Source: Bacteroidales bacterium
GTDB lineage: Bacteria; Bacteroidota; Bacteroidia; Bacteroidales; ML635J-15
Length of the DNA stretch: 64,000 bases
Reading direction: 5' to 3'
NCBI GenBank assembly: GCA_017551515.1
Contig: JAFZLK010000109.1
Location: 13,863 to 77,862, forward strand
Part shown: piece after piece, positions 23,401 through 31,200 of the stretch
How positions within the stretch are numbered: the stretch's first letter is position 1
Layout of the letters: each line of letters begins with the position of its first letter
Notes under the pieces: model-generated
Told to the model about the DNA's origin: nothing
Databases searched by the model: none
What the model saw: only the letters and a program-made list of their open reading frames with translations
Translations under genes and position numbers: made by a program

Positions 23401-24349
23401 AATAAGTTGTTCCTGCACTCAATGTTACTGTTTTTGAACCAGAATCCCAACACCCACCTGCTAAATTTGTTCCTGTATTTCCACACGATGACATTATATA
23501 GAAATCGGGGTCGCCACTTGTTGCTGTTCCTGTAAAAGTATAAGCACCACTTGTTGTCGGTGTAAAAGAATACACGCGCTCCGCTCCATCCTCAGAATAC
23601 ACGCAATCGGTATATGAAGTCCAAGCTCCAGAAGTTCCAAGCGTACCAGAATACGTTGTTCCACAAGTCATTCTAGTTACATTGTCACATGGATCAGTTA
23701 TCGAACAAGAACCATTGAAAGTAAGGATAATGTTTGCCCGCTTATCATCCAAAGTACCAGTAGCTGTAGCTCCTGGATCTGAACTATCCTGACGCTTATA
23801 CCAATGTTTGTTCGAAGCCGAAGTATAATAGCATTGCTTGAAACATCCACCTGACGTTCCACAACCTATACTCTTTACTGCAACAAGCAAAGACTTGCTT
23901 GCATCGTGACAAAACTGACTTGAGAGCGTAAGTGTATTCCAACCCGTAGATGGAGTTGAATAGGAGGAAGTCGAATAAACCAATGACGCTCCAGATATAT
24001 AAGTAGCAAATGTAGTACTTGTAGAAAGTGTATACGATGCATCAACATCCTTCATATATATCTGGAACGAAGATGTACTAGTATTTGAATATGCACTATA
24101 TATATTATATGCAATCTTTGTAATATATCCTTCCCTATTGATATCCGATGCATCATACAAATATACTTCGTATTGCCATCCATACCATCCTGGCAATGGA
24201 GCATAATAATAATCAGTTCCTGTTCCTATAGTAATATTCGTCTGTGCACTCACATTGGCTGCACCCAGCACAAGCAACATAAACATCGCGACAAATGCCG
24301 TTCGCATTGGCATTACCTTATTCATAAATATCTGGTAAAATTTTTTCAT
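11411..24349 (-). CDS. Giant (4312 aa) cell-surface protein with a T9SS type B (gliding-motility-associated) C-terminal domain, SprB-type repeats, many Ig-like modules, PPC-like modules and a P-domain-like region
   Basis: This is a single uninterrupted 12.9-kb ORF with a signal peptide ending '...LGAANVSAQ'. It contains four tandem 123-aa modules ('TCG.TYSGTLGTSG.W.SY...GDPDF(F/Y)(L/I)M.SCG...TTYYLIVDN') resembling pre-peptidase C-terminal domains, and dozens of ~75-90-aa beta-sandwich repeats. Six SprB-type repeats are present, for example 'ATGGTPPYEYAWSDG', 'VTGGTLPYQSYVWSNG' and 'VVGGVEPYLYSLNNS'. The C-terminus 'IPNVFTPNDDGVNDIWEI...WGQLLF...GTYLYVI...KGVVTIIY' is the type B CTD pattern. 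Confidence 0.9.
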   Translation of the reverse strand: MKKFYQIFMNKVMPMRTAFVAMFMLLVLGAANVSAQTNITIGTGTDYYYAPLPGWYGWQYEVYLYDASDINREGYITKIAYNIYSAYSNTSTSSFQIYMKDVDASYTLSTSTTFATYISGASLVYSTSSYSTPSTGWNTLTLSSQFCHDASKSLLVAVKSIGCGTSGGCFKQCYYTSASNKHWYKRQDSSDPGATATGTLDDKRANIILTFNGSCSITDPCDNVTRMTCGTTYSGTLGTSGAWTSYTDCVYSEDGAERVYSFTPTTSGAYTFTGTATSGDPDFYIMSSCGNTGTNLAGGCWDSGSKTVTLSAGTTYYLIVDNWSNSSSCAYTLSVDCPQINPCDNITVMTCGATYSGTLGTSGAWSSYTSCSWAEPGEERVYSFTPTQTGSYTFSATETSNDPDFFLMSSCGNTGTNILGGCWDSGQETVTLTAGTTYYLIVDNNESSTNSSYTVSISCPSGPCATATTMTCGTTYSGTLGTSGIWDSYTSSTWSEPGEERVYRFTPSTTGSYTFATTTTSGDPDFFLMASCGNTGTNIVGSNWGSGNQTVSLTAGTTYYLIVDNYSSSSSAGYTVSVTCPSNNGPCGSATTMACGQTYSGTLGTSGVWNSYSSCGYSEPGEEHVYAFTPITTGSHTFITSTTSGDPDFFLMSSCGTSGTNLVGTCWGIGNQTVTLTAGTTYYLIVDNYSSSNSAGYTVSVSCPNGSDITGSSDCESAQAFCATNESTGYDMNVERNSPAISHLDGMCTFFNNPTWWYLRVSQSGPIQMTISSCGDVDFGCWGPFDNPTCDITNDLSTPAGLSYAYYSGPSNASYWGSSYNGTTPTPSTTTSSPICSTFALAEPVGNLIDFGGSTSAVEYLQIPNAEAGKFYILLVANFANCSGDMSIVQTNINDPNAGRSDCTIVNDCNITSITTIVGNCAADQTFTVSGNINFTDPPTDGTLTISDGAVSQVFTPPFVSPISYSLTGVQGDGGQHTIMASFVSSTTNCEKLTYFDAPMCEINCPDATVAMTGYSEVIGDRYYFDVCLGDGVNMYGTQTGYTSPSWSWSINPHGGEPPYVISGTYAPYIPLVEQGYDVSLTVTEGECSTVAYGRIRVSAGLETSLANYALGEICVGDSREITIGGAGSDIQVDSESHTIEATLGHAATTFIPDGTNCATQCYTSDVTFYDFDDGAVVTNTDAIKYIKINTEHSFFGDVQIKITCPERNGVRRSAIILPDYFSSDYNSGIYNSYAIDPYTYVWPDVETVTRWRVGTTTTNWYTGPFMHGREEVFESQNEAYEYNGQTYYLLSFGSPEDAADFINNYLSRYYTGTTYVIYDITQGASGPYLYSVIGYRVSDGTGDHVYIVWMSRDNTTAGNNFSFPTQEAAQYFLTNVCGGEGVISSYESNNSYSRVFFGEPDLYDVTTTGLSSSQICDGTDEHNLPGIGYDYAWTSNSQYTTVGYVYDLANLETPSASYNNGTAVSINTYHVLPSNVEAGTQMYQPFQSFSSLIGCPLNGTWSISVCDSWGKDNGYVFEWELALSEDLLPSNWDYTVELDGVSNDCGSIATVSGNNLIIAPQTATNGEQSCNIVLSDNLGCTTNIPLSYTAVAPTITHISGSEDQTVCEDQPITDIVYRLGGSAVSATATGLPAGVSLSISGNTVTVTGFPSEHNTYNYTITTISATGLHCTEATVTGRIIVNEGNIVPTFAQAGPYCEGTTVADLPTTSTNGITGQWSPNITNSTNTYTFTPDAGQCATITTMLITVNPQPTLEYTSGSETFCQGVAMDGSILFTYGGSVNGATVSGLPAGWEYNNYGENMIEIHGPTNVEARTYNYTVTTTGAVSPCENISVSRTITIREQASIELTSGTSPQRVCNGADITDFVFTYTGATGAVASGLPAGLNAPVLNTTDNTLTISGRSTAPGTFTVTTTGAISPCPEVSTTATIIINDPAELDLISESPDVALCVEVPWEDNIQYQFGGAATGATVTGLPEGITYSVSGNTVTISGTPSISVEADDYTYTVTTTGVEEPCENKSLTGVISISTNAVIVLSSANGTDNQSICLPDDHFTNIVYTYSGGATGIDEDMLADALPDGLGFTVNTTAHTVTIYATGAPMQTGVFHYTVLTTGIIPPCKPDEKYGTIKISDGVELEVTGNTTQNLCLGNAMSDIVFIYGGGATGVTIGEGSLPAGVEQITDATNHTLTLTGTPTAPGQFDFSISTIGATAPCSNTDIAVSITVYEAPEVSINYSDDEICNGSSVNLSSNPATFNSYRWTCTTESDATHNITAGMPASTTTSSISVSPTVTPGSADVVYVLRVSNGNNCTATVSQIINVSEIPTADIVKTDNTKCMEPYNGTITVSNFAGGVAGSTYSVSVTGQATQTTTGGAVTFSNLEEGSYTVRITNETTSTDCYTEQTIVISNTPTNPSVSISGSQSICSGNNTTLTAHPSNGLEPYSYHWSNNSTNEVLETPNLFEQTSYSLTVTDANSCFVTTSVTISIGDNPEISVTANNACIGDDVVLQASVSNAGTGYSVTWSASPSAGAGLSTTSGERITVTPTSPRDHYTYTATLSANSCNEGGGFTDYNDDVSVVVYSLPTVDIQYTDNTITCTNEEVTVTATQVSGYSYSWSNSVTEAENTFTAPGTYTAVTTQTYTVTVTDEHGCTATDDFVLTIDKVSPDARIDAVPGTELSCEVNAIQLTALTTTDGTDLSWTAPTATDDNPLTVTSPGIYQITALTTANGCTRTASVEITSDDNTPTVSIATPSTTTLNCTTTSITLNATGTGALTWSPANVATIDNYSSATDGNYIVTATIGSCTTTASIHINKDVEPLDVNITPVNPLLTCGNDHRIELTAVADREATYAWYQGPHEANYTVHDATTYTVTATAIDNGCSTVETITVGLDDDAPDVNITPTVGTITCDANSQSFELEATSTTPDVILSWQSSVWGDNPPASQASPSIVTVTTDGTYIVKATASNGCTSTASSVIGRDENMPQVSISAPRDVLMCNSDGDPFDEITLSASANVAVTYEWNNETGTSPGSGQQYTVTEQGIYFVTATSTTNGCEAFAQFEISQDVTPPQIAIRNNSNTNVLTCSGPSISVSIVDDTEADIYQWSGGENSAGTGNVFTVPNTYYVTATAPNGCTSIADITILENRDSPSVSIINNTIPEIEILTCEVDTIFVTGVGVMPVGSSSQVVSYSWSGGTYTDQASNALTTIGIYVVTATADNGCTGTSQIEIMATMDRPQVRIDAPNTVINCNNEEDGLTLTAVATDGGVYTYSWSGGMYPDDAVNQVFDPVVYTVVATAPNGCTAAVSQAITENRAVPIFNVRSESGFYEVNCNGPVHAIAEGGVGISYLWPDGYVGTENNLTSEGRYSIIATGTNGCTSAVSIDVTEDLTPAQAVVRSSYPQIDCNHRTVDLTVDVVGGATYYEWSQAGEHTQTISVQHGGIYWVTVKGRNGCPNEIPFDLPEDLTLPTPSIDNITGTPTLNCRLDSIHIIAHGGYSFAWSNAVFGGGPEQYVTLPGVYRVTVTGANGCSDTTSITIYSDREPPTLYPFETPDGTELNCSVDRVTVISVGNAQSYTWSGGIALNSNTQVFTMPGDYYVTATGFNGCITTETINIEDNHTRPQVTIDNGLGEITTLDCNNDTIPITVIVTGSDGPYEYLWSNNYDGEAGDHGDLTAAGQYIVTVTAANTCWATADITLRQDFVAPVVNVTSTPGNELNCNVRSINLFATEGYGSYLWSNGATTSTTTVRTEDVYSVVVTGDNGCTGSNSIQIHQVPEFAPQVMSDTILCYGGSTMASVVATGGTPPYEYAWSDGQSGITAYNLVAGVAYSVSVSDMGGCSAVLPFAVVQRPELNPIINVRDINCGISQGALTAVVTGGTLPYQSYVWSNGEVGTTIENLSAGTYRLTVFDANGCTADAEAHVSMLGLLSVSASVTQSITCFGYNDGSVSAVCQNAAQPPVYSWNTGLSSPELYNLFAGVYTVSVTDAWGCTGQAAVNLVSPPEMDIQVYSESPTCYNSKDGSIIVSAFGGMAPYDYFWNNSTSENEISGVGTGTYSVSIIDAAGCSVAKTITLEAPPAINVETTVSEIKCNGEKTGRIEVSAEGGVLPYRYMIEGLIDQTSMSVFNNLNAGYYVLHVIDNNNCDVREPVLVPQPDELQVSVSVEDPFCRNSRTGKINVGVVGGVEPYLYSLNNSTSDVSYLQNIPSGDYTVTVIDGNNCRSSEMLVTLTDVDVACLRIPNVFTPNDDGVNDIWEIVNIEMFPAAEVNVFNRWGQLLFTSKGYTEPWDGRYRGHFVPAGTYLYVIDLFNDDEPYKGVVTIIY
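22250..23710 (-). repeat. Coding tandem repeat with a 369-bp (123-aa) period, four copies (PPC-like modules of the giant gene)
   Basis: The 30-nt string 'cattaagaagaaatcggggtcgccacttgt' occurs at 22394 and again at 22763, exactly 369 bp apart. Related copies lie near 23131 and 23500. The protein repeats are listed under the CDS. Confidence 0.85.
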
Positions 24350-24360
24350 AGTCGTATGTT

Positions 24361-24966
24361 TTATTTGTTCTTACTGTTTTCATTATACTTTGCCGAAGAT
24401 ACCTGCTCAACTTTCTTGCTGCTGGTATTATCCTCAGATGGTTGTTGATTTACAGATTGAGTATTTGGACGTGCATACAAATTGCTCGATCCATTTTCAG
24501 TTTTTTTCTCTTGCGACATTCTCATTTCCGGCGATGCCGAAATCTTTACTACGGTTTCATTTTCCTGATGCTTTGTTACTCTGATAACAGGACTCTGCTT
24601 TTCGTTGTCCTGTGGCGATGGCAAAGGAAAATCACCGACATTAGCCTTGTACTCATCAAGTGCATCGTTTACTGCATCAACAACCATATCCGGCTCAACG
24701 CTCTGCAAAGATTCGTACATAAAAGTTTCTCCGTTCCTATATATCACAACCCTCATAATATCGGGATTTTCAAGCACTATCTTTGAAACATAATCACGCA
24801 TCTCGGGCGAATTTGGAAAATCTGCCATTTCAAAATAGGTGATGCGCGTACCATTATCATAAAATTTAGTAGCTCCGCTATCAGTAAGTTTTACCTGCGC
24901 AACAGACGACATGGCTACCGCCAATAACATGATTATTAAGAATAATCCTAATAAATATTTCTTCAT
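24361..24966 (-). CDS. Small secreted hypothetical protein (201 aa): signal peptide, a ~100-aa folded N-domain and a polar low-complexity tail
   Basis: The N-terminus 'MKKYLLGLFLIIMLLAVAMSSVAQ' looks like a signal peptide, and the C-terminal ~90 aa are rich in S/N/Q/E/K. The stop lies 11 nt upstream of the giant gene's ATG on the same strand. No family was recognised. Confidence 0.65.
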   Translation of the reverse strand: MKKYLLGLFLIIMLLAVAMSSVAQVKLTDSGATKFYDNGTRITYFEMADFPNSPEMRDYVSKIVLENPDIMRVVIYRNGETFMYESLQSVEPDMVVDAVNDALDEYKANVGDFPLPSPQDNEKQSPVIRVTKHQENETVVKISASPEMRMSQEKKTENGSSNLYARPNTQSVNQQPSEDNTSSKKVEQVSSAKYNENSKNK

Positions 24967-25058
24967 ACTCTACTTCTTTTTCTTCAACAATAATATAACT
25001 AAACTACTCTATTCTTCTCCATCATTTTGAATATATACAATCAACCCAAAATGACCAA

Positions 25059-25089
25059 CAAATTTAAACATTAAAATTAAAACTGCAAA
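25059..25089 (-). promoter_or_regulatory. Candidate Bacteroidota sigma-A promoter (TTTG-N19-TAAATTTG) for the 201-aa gene and giant-gene operon
   Basis: On the minus strand, TTTG (25089-25086) is followed by a 19-nt spacer and then TAAATTTG (25066-25059). This is an exact match to TTTG-N19-TAnnTTTG and lies ~90 nt upstream of the ATG at 24966. Confidence 0.5.
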
Positions 25090-25147
25090 CAAAATATTAA
25101 AAAAAATTTAAAGGAATTTGAAAAAGCAATAACACAAAAGGTGCAGT

Positions 25148-25184
25148 AAAAAAAATCTGCCGAAAATTTTTCGACAGATTTTTT
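25148..25184 (-). terminator. Intrinsic terminator downstream of the 4281-aa gene
   Basis: 'AAAAAAAATCTGcCGAA-aattt-TTCGaCAGATTTTTT' forms a hairpin. On the minus strand the hairpin is followed by a run of 8 U. It lies ~50 nt after the stop at 25233. Confidence 0.7.
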
Positions 25185-25232
25185 ATTTGTACATTATCAA
25201 CCTCTAGCTCGACGCAGTCAATTGTTAATTTT

Positions 25233-28200
25233 TCATTTAACAACAAACCTTTCGACCTGTACCTTGTCACCAGAAACAAACCTTGCAAAATAAACTCCCG
25301 GTCTCAAATCGTGATGGAATTCCATTGACATGCCTTCGTCAACATAAATGTCGCGAACATCGACTATTGCACCTGCTGCATCGACGAGCTGATAAACGAC
25401 ATTTCCTCTTATTCCAGCAAAATCGACCATGAAGCGACCATCGTTAGGATTTGGATAAAGCGATGCCGTCATGCTGATTTCATCGACATCCGTAATCTGC
25501 AAATGTACAAATGTAACATGGAAAGTGTGGTTTGTATTAACATCCACAAATTCGTATGTATTTCCGTCAGTCTCAACATACTCTCCGTCAACAAAAACGC
25601 TGTCGATTTCATAGCCGATATACGGGTCGAAGGTAAATACCTGTGTTGCCCCTGGTGCCACCTCGACAATACCCGACGGCGAAAGTTCGCCATGAGGTCC
25701 TGCCGTCGCCGTAATGAAATATACCAACGGTCGGAACGAAATATAAATGTAATGATTTTCAGTAACATTCTCGAACCTATAGGTACTGCTTTCGGGTGCA
25801 AACTCATAGCCATCAACCACTACTACATCAAGCATATATCCGTCGTTTGGAATGAATGTAAATTCTATGTCGTCGCCGTCGAGAACATACTGCGTACCAC
25901 TAGGACTAATCGTTCCGTTTGCTCCCGAGACTGCCGTTACCGTCCACATCGGCAACAGGTCGAAATTAACCATTACCACATGGTCTTCAAGCACATTCTG
26001 CAAAGTGTAAGAATCGCCAGAGAACTCAACACTTACATCATCAACAAGCACTTCCGAAACCATATATCCGGCACTAGGATCAAAGGTTAATGTTATGTCT
26101 GAACCTTCGTCAACTTCCTGCTCTCCCGACGGAGTAACGCTTCCGTGTTCACCAGCAACTATGGTTACAATACGCTTGTTAACCTCAAAGCCGGCCGAAA
26201 TAGTATGATCGGCTGTAACATCTTGGAACAGATACGAATCGGCAACATCCACTGCTTCACCATCAACAAAGAGCGATGAAATGTGGTAATGTTCGTCCGG
26301 AATAATCTGGAATTCCTGACTTTCGCCATCAATAACACGGACTCTACCACTAGGCATTATGCTTCCGTGTTCGCCAGCGTTTGCTATAATTTCGTGTCGG
26401 GTAATGTCCATCGGCGTAAATATCACAACTATTGTATGATCGGCTGATATACTATCCAAAGTATAAGTATTGCCTTCCACTTCCTGCGACTCATTATCAA
26501 CCATGAAATTAAGCAGTTCATATTCCTCATTTGGCTCTAACGTAAATGTAAGTGTGTCGCCATGATTTACCGTAATTGAACCGCTTGGCGTAATAGTTCC
26601 ACCTTGTGCGTATGTCACTATGGTATATGTATTTACTGCGAACTCGGCATGTATAGTATGTTCCGAGGTAACATTTTCAAAAGTATATACACCCTCCGCA
26701 ACTGCCGACGGAACTTCTTCACCGTCAACGGTTACCGATTCTATATGACAGCCTGCATCGGCAACTATATGGAATGTCTGGTTGTATCCGTTTGCCACCG
26801 AAACATCACCGTTTGGCGTTATAATTCCGTGCTCGCCATATGAAACTACGATCGTATAATATACATTTTCGACAAACGAAACATAAACCGTATGATCATC
26901 GATAATATTCTCAAAAGTATAATTGTATCCGTTTGCAATCAGTTCCTCTACAATATTCTCCCCATCCACAACGAACTCATGCACAATGTATCCTTCTTCG
27001 GGCATTACCGAAATTGTCAAGTTTTCGCCCTCCTCGATGACGACACTGCCATTCGGGGAAACAACGCCATTTTCGCCTACCTCGACAAAAACTGTATGGT
27101 AAATTATACTGTCGAAAGTTGCATGAATCGTATGGTTGGCATCAACATTTTCAAAGGTATAAATGTAACTTCCTTGTTCAAGCTGCACGGCGACACCGTC
27201 AACAATCACATCGCCCGGACGATAACCCACATTGGGAATTACAACAAACGACACAGTATCGCCCCGCTCTGCAACAGTGACGCCATCGGTTACAATATGT
27301 CCACCTTCACCAGCCGAGGCTGTAAAGGTGTAGCGTTCGGTAAATGTTGCTATCAGTGTATGTTCAGCATTCACATCAGCAAGCGTATAGATTCCGTCAA
27401 CTATTTCGTCAGAAACATCCTCGCCGTCAAGTGTCAATGAGAGCAAATCGTTGTATTCATCGGGCACGATTGCAAATTCAGCACTTTCGCCAGGAGCAAC
27501 CTCTACAATGCCATCAGGAGAAATAGAGCCATTTCCGACCGACGAAACATTTATCACATAGTCGGATACCACAACCTTGAAATCATCAATATACAAGCGA
27601 TACCTATTTGCTTCCGACCGACATACAATTGCAATTTCTACATTCTGTCCTGCAAAATCGGAAAGGTCAACTGGTCCGTATGTCTGATATGTTTCGTTAT
27701 TTACTGTCAACGAATCCAATTGCACTATGTCGCTTCCATTTGAGACAAGCACCAAGAAAGTTTCCGGATAAGAGAAATTGCCAGCCTTGTACTTGAACTC
27801 CAGCTTGGTGTTTTGAAGAATCCGCAACCAAGGAGAAGAAAGATAGTCGTATGCCTGATTTGTGCGTGAGAATGTGTACATGGCTTCGCCATTTGCAACA
27901 GACCAAGTCCTGTCATCATAGTTGTAATCATATATTTCCCAGCAACCAAGGTCAGAGAAATCCTGTTCGTAAGGAAGCGTAAACACACCACATACTGTTT
28001 TTTCCGTCCAACCGTTTGCTCCGCAATTCGACTGAACATATATATAATAATAGGTATATGCATCCAATCCTTCTATTAACGACCTACGCCAACCATAACC
28101 TATCGAATCCGATTCAATAATGCCTTCGAATAAGTCTGCCGTTTCTATTTCAGGGTCAATAGGCTGAGACGAAATCTTAAAGTTGTATGAAGTTTCGTTT

Positions 28201-31200
28201 TGTACCTGGCGTATATACATAACTATAGAATCGTTATATGCATAAATATACATGTCATCGGCAGACGGATTCGGGCAGTAGTTTTCGTCAATGCCAACAG
28301 TTACAGTCCAAGTCTTTGATGTTACACCATCCTCGGCTGTTACTATGTATTCTACAGGTTCTGAGAAATCACGCCATTCACCAGACTCCACATCAATAGT
28401 AGCATTCTCCGAAATTGTAAAAGTCGGAGTAAGATACATATAGTTAGACATGCTAGCGACATAAACCGATATAGTAGCATTTTCCGAATCTATAACCGAT
28501 TCTGTAGTCTGTTCCGGAACTTCGAAAGTAAGAATTTCGGCTTCGGCACTTTTTTGCCTAAACAATAGATTGTCGATTGAACATTCGCGGTAACCGCTCA
28601 ATACAAAGTCGAAGCGAGCCTCGCCTTCATACTGCGGAACATTTATCGACATCCTGATCATTCCGCTGCTTGATGCATTTTGTATTACAATGGACCTCAA
28701 TGTATCAATTCCATCATTTACAAACAGAACATATAATGTATCGGGACGATTTATATTTTGTGACGATTGTAAGACATCGAACTCGAGTAGATAGCGAGCA
28801 TCGGAGGTTAAATTGAACCGCGGTGACAGCAAATGAGCTTCGACCTGCGAATTTCCAGAAACCAAATGAGCCTCACCGTTACTTACCGACCAATCGTCAC
28901 GTCCGTCGCCCTCTGTTCTCCAACAATCAGGAAGCTCGCCGCTGGCGACATCAAAGTCCTGCGTGTATGGCATGTCAAGTGGCTGGCACTCAGTTGTGGT
29001 CTCCACCGTCGCAATGTACCAATCGCTTTCCATTCCTACAGCACATACGCCTTGAATTTCTGCAGAAATACTATAGCTTGTACTCGATTGAAGTCCGCCT
29101 ATTGTCAAACGCGGCTCATCAATAGTAGCTTCAACAACTTCTCCACCATTGAGCGAATATCTTACCGTCCAAGTACCGGTTATCGCATTAATATCAGTCC
29201 AAGTCAAAACAATATTGTCTTCGCCCACCGACTCAACAACCAAATTCCTTGGAGCAATACAGTCAACAGCCTTGTCAATTGTAAGATTATCAACATATAC
29301 TCCACCCGCATTGTTTGACTTTCCAACAAGTATCACATAATTGAAACCTACACTGCCTCTCGTATTAAATGTATAAGTGTACCATCCGGGAGACGATTCC
29401 CCGCTCACATTGTCGGAATCCGAAACAAGGTAGTTCTTCGACACATAACCAAGTTTTTGCGGATTGCCATTTTCTATGTCGGGATATGTATTAACCCAAA
29501 CTTCCACACCTTCGTCTGTTGCCGATGAAGAAAATGTTGAACGGTAAACATCAAGACTTATCGTGTATCCGTTGATGTTTTCAACAAACTTTATTCCTGT
29601 TGACGACAAGTTGTGAACCGATTCTGCCTTTGTATCGGCGAGCATAGCTTTTGGTGTAGAGTTGTCATCAACTGTAGCCGTAGCTCTCATCCAAGCTCCG
29701 TTTACATAGTTAATACCAATTCCAGAACCGACTGCCGTTCTTTCCTGCGACCAGCATACAGGCGGGAAAGTTTCCGAATTGAAATCTTCTGTATATGGGA
29801 AGTTCCTTATAATTACACACGGCGTGGTAAAATCAATCTCTGCATAAGCGGAATTTTCGTCGTCGCACAAAGTGCGTACCCTTACATTGTAGGTTGTGGA
29901 CAGCTGAAGTCCTGTCAAGGTAACAGTACTTTCATCAACAGTAAATGTAGTGTAATTAGCATCCGACTCCTTCTTGTACCCGACTTCCCATTGCGACATG
30001 TTGAAACCCTGCCACGACAAGGTTGCCTCATCTTCATATACATCCGAAGCAGTCAAGTCTTCAGGATACTGGCATCCTGCAATCGTAGATGTCGAGAGCA
30101 AAGTCCATTCACTGTTGCCATTTGAACCGACACAATTTGCACGAACATAAATATCGTATGGCGTTGATTCCGTCAATCCAGTAATTTCATAGTGAGTATC
30201 AGCAAGATTAATTTCAACACCTTCGGTTTCTACATCAAACCCCGGGGTTCCGTACTTTAATGTACAACTATCACCAACATTGTCCGACGACCATGCCACA
30301 TCGAGTTCGGTTTGCAAACGGATTACATCCAAATCGTTAACAACAAAACAATGCGGCAATGCATCAATCTGGATTTCATACGACACATCCACGCCATCGG
30401 TATCAACGATTATATAAGACGAACCTGCTGCACAATCGACCGTAAACGAGATATTGCTTTCATTGGTTTTTGAATCAATCCTATACGAGTACAATGCTCC
30501 GCAGCTATTCATTACTAACACGCTGAAATCGCCACTATACGAATGTGCGGTTAAAACAAGTAACTTCCTTGCTTGCAAATCAACCCTATATACTGCATCA
30601 TTGCCCGATAGCTCAAATTCAAACTCTGGTCTATCGGAGTAATAAGTATTTATCATATTGTACAATCCCTCGGTAGTGGCTGAATTGAAATACGGCAAAT
30701 CGTTTTCGGCATCAACAACATACGGATTCGAGCAGTCGGCACCAAGAGGCGAATCCATGTACGAAACATTTATAGTCCAGCTCTTTGTATCCACTCCGTT
30801 TTCGGCAGTAACGACAAACACTCGCGGTCGAGAAAAGTCATATGCCCTACCCTCAACCTGATCGATGCTTGCCAAAGGTGAAATTTCTATTGTCGGAACA
30901 ATAGATGTAATGTCGTACATGCGGCTAAGTATAGCATTGACAGTTGCATTTTCAGAATCTATTGTCACATCGAACAGACCTTCTGTCCAGAAAGATATTA
31001 TTTCGTCATCGGCAACAGCCTCTCGCCTTGAAACCATTATCGTCCATTCCTGAACGAGTCCAGATTCAGCCGTGACTGTATATACAAATGGATACGAAAG
31101 GTTTACCGCCGCTCCGCTTTCGGGACTTATTGTCGCCAAATCGGAAACCACTATTTGCGGAGTTACCCCCCTCAAGTTCCACGAATACGGAACATCGCAG

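Noticed and set aside
11544-24448. Many plus-strand ORFs of 60-216 aa (for example 11555-12205 and 14363-14806) antisense to the 4312-aa gene
   Set aside because: All lie entirely within one uninterrupted 12.9-kb ORF whose product has coherent domain repeats. Their translations are low-complexity, Cys/Ile-rich and lack motifs, which is typical of antisense artefacts.
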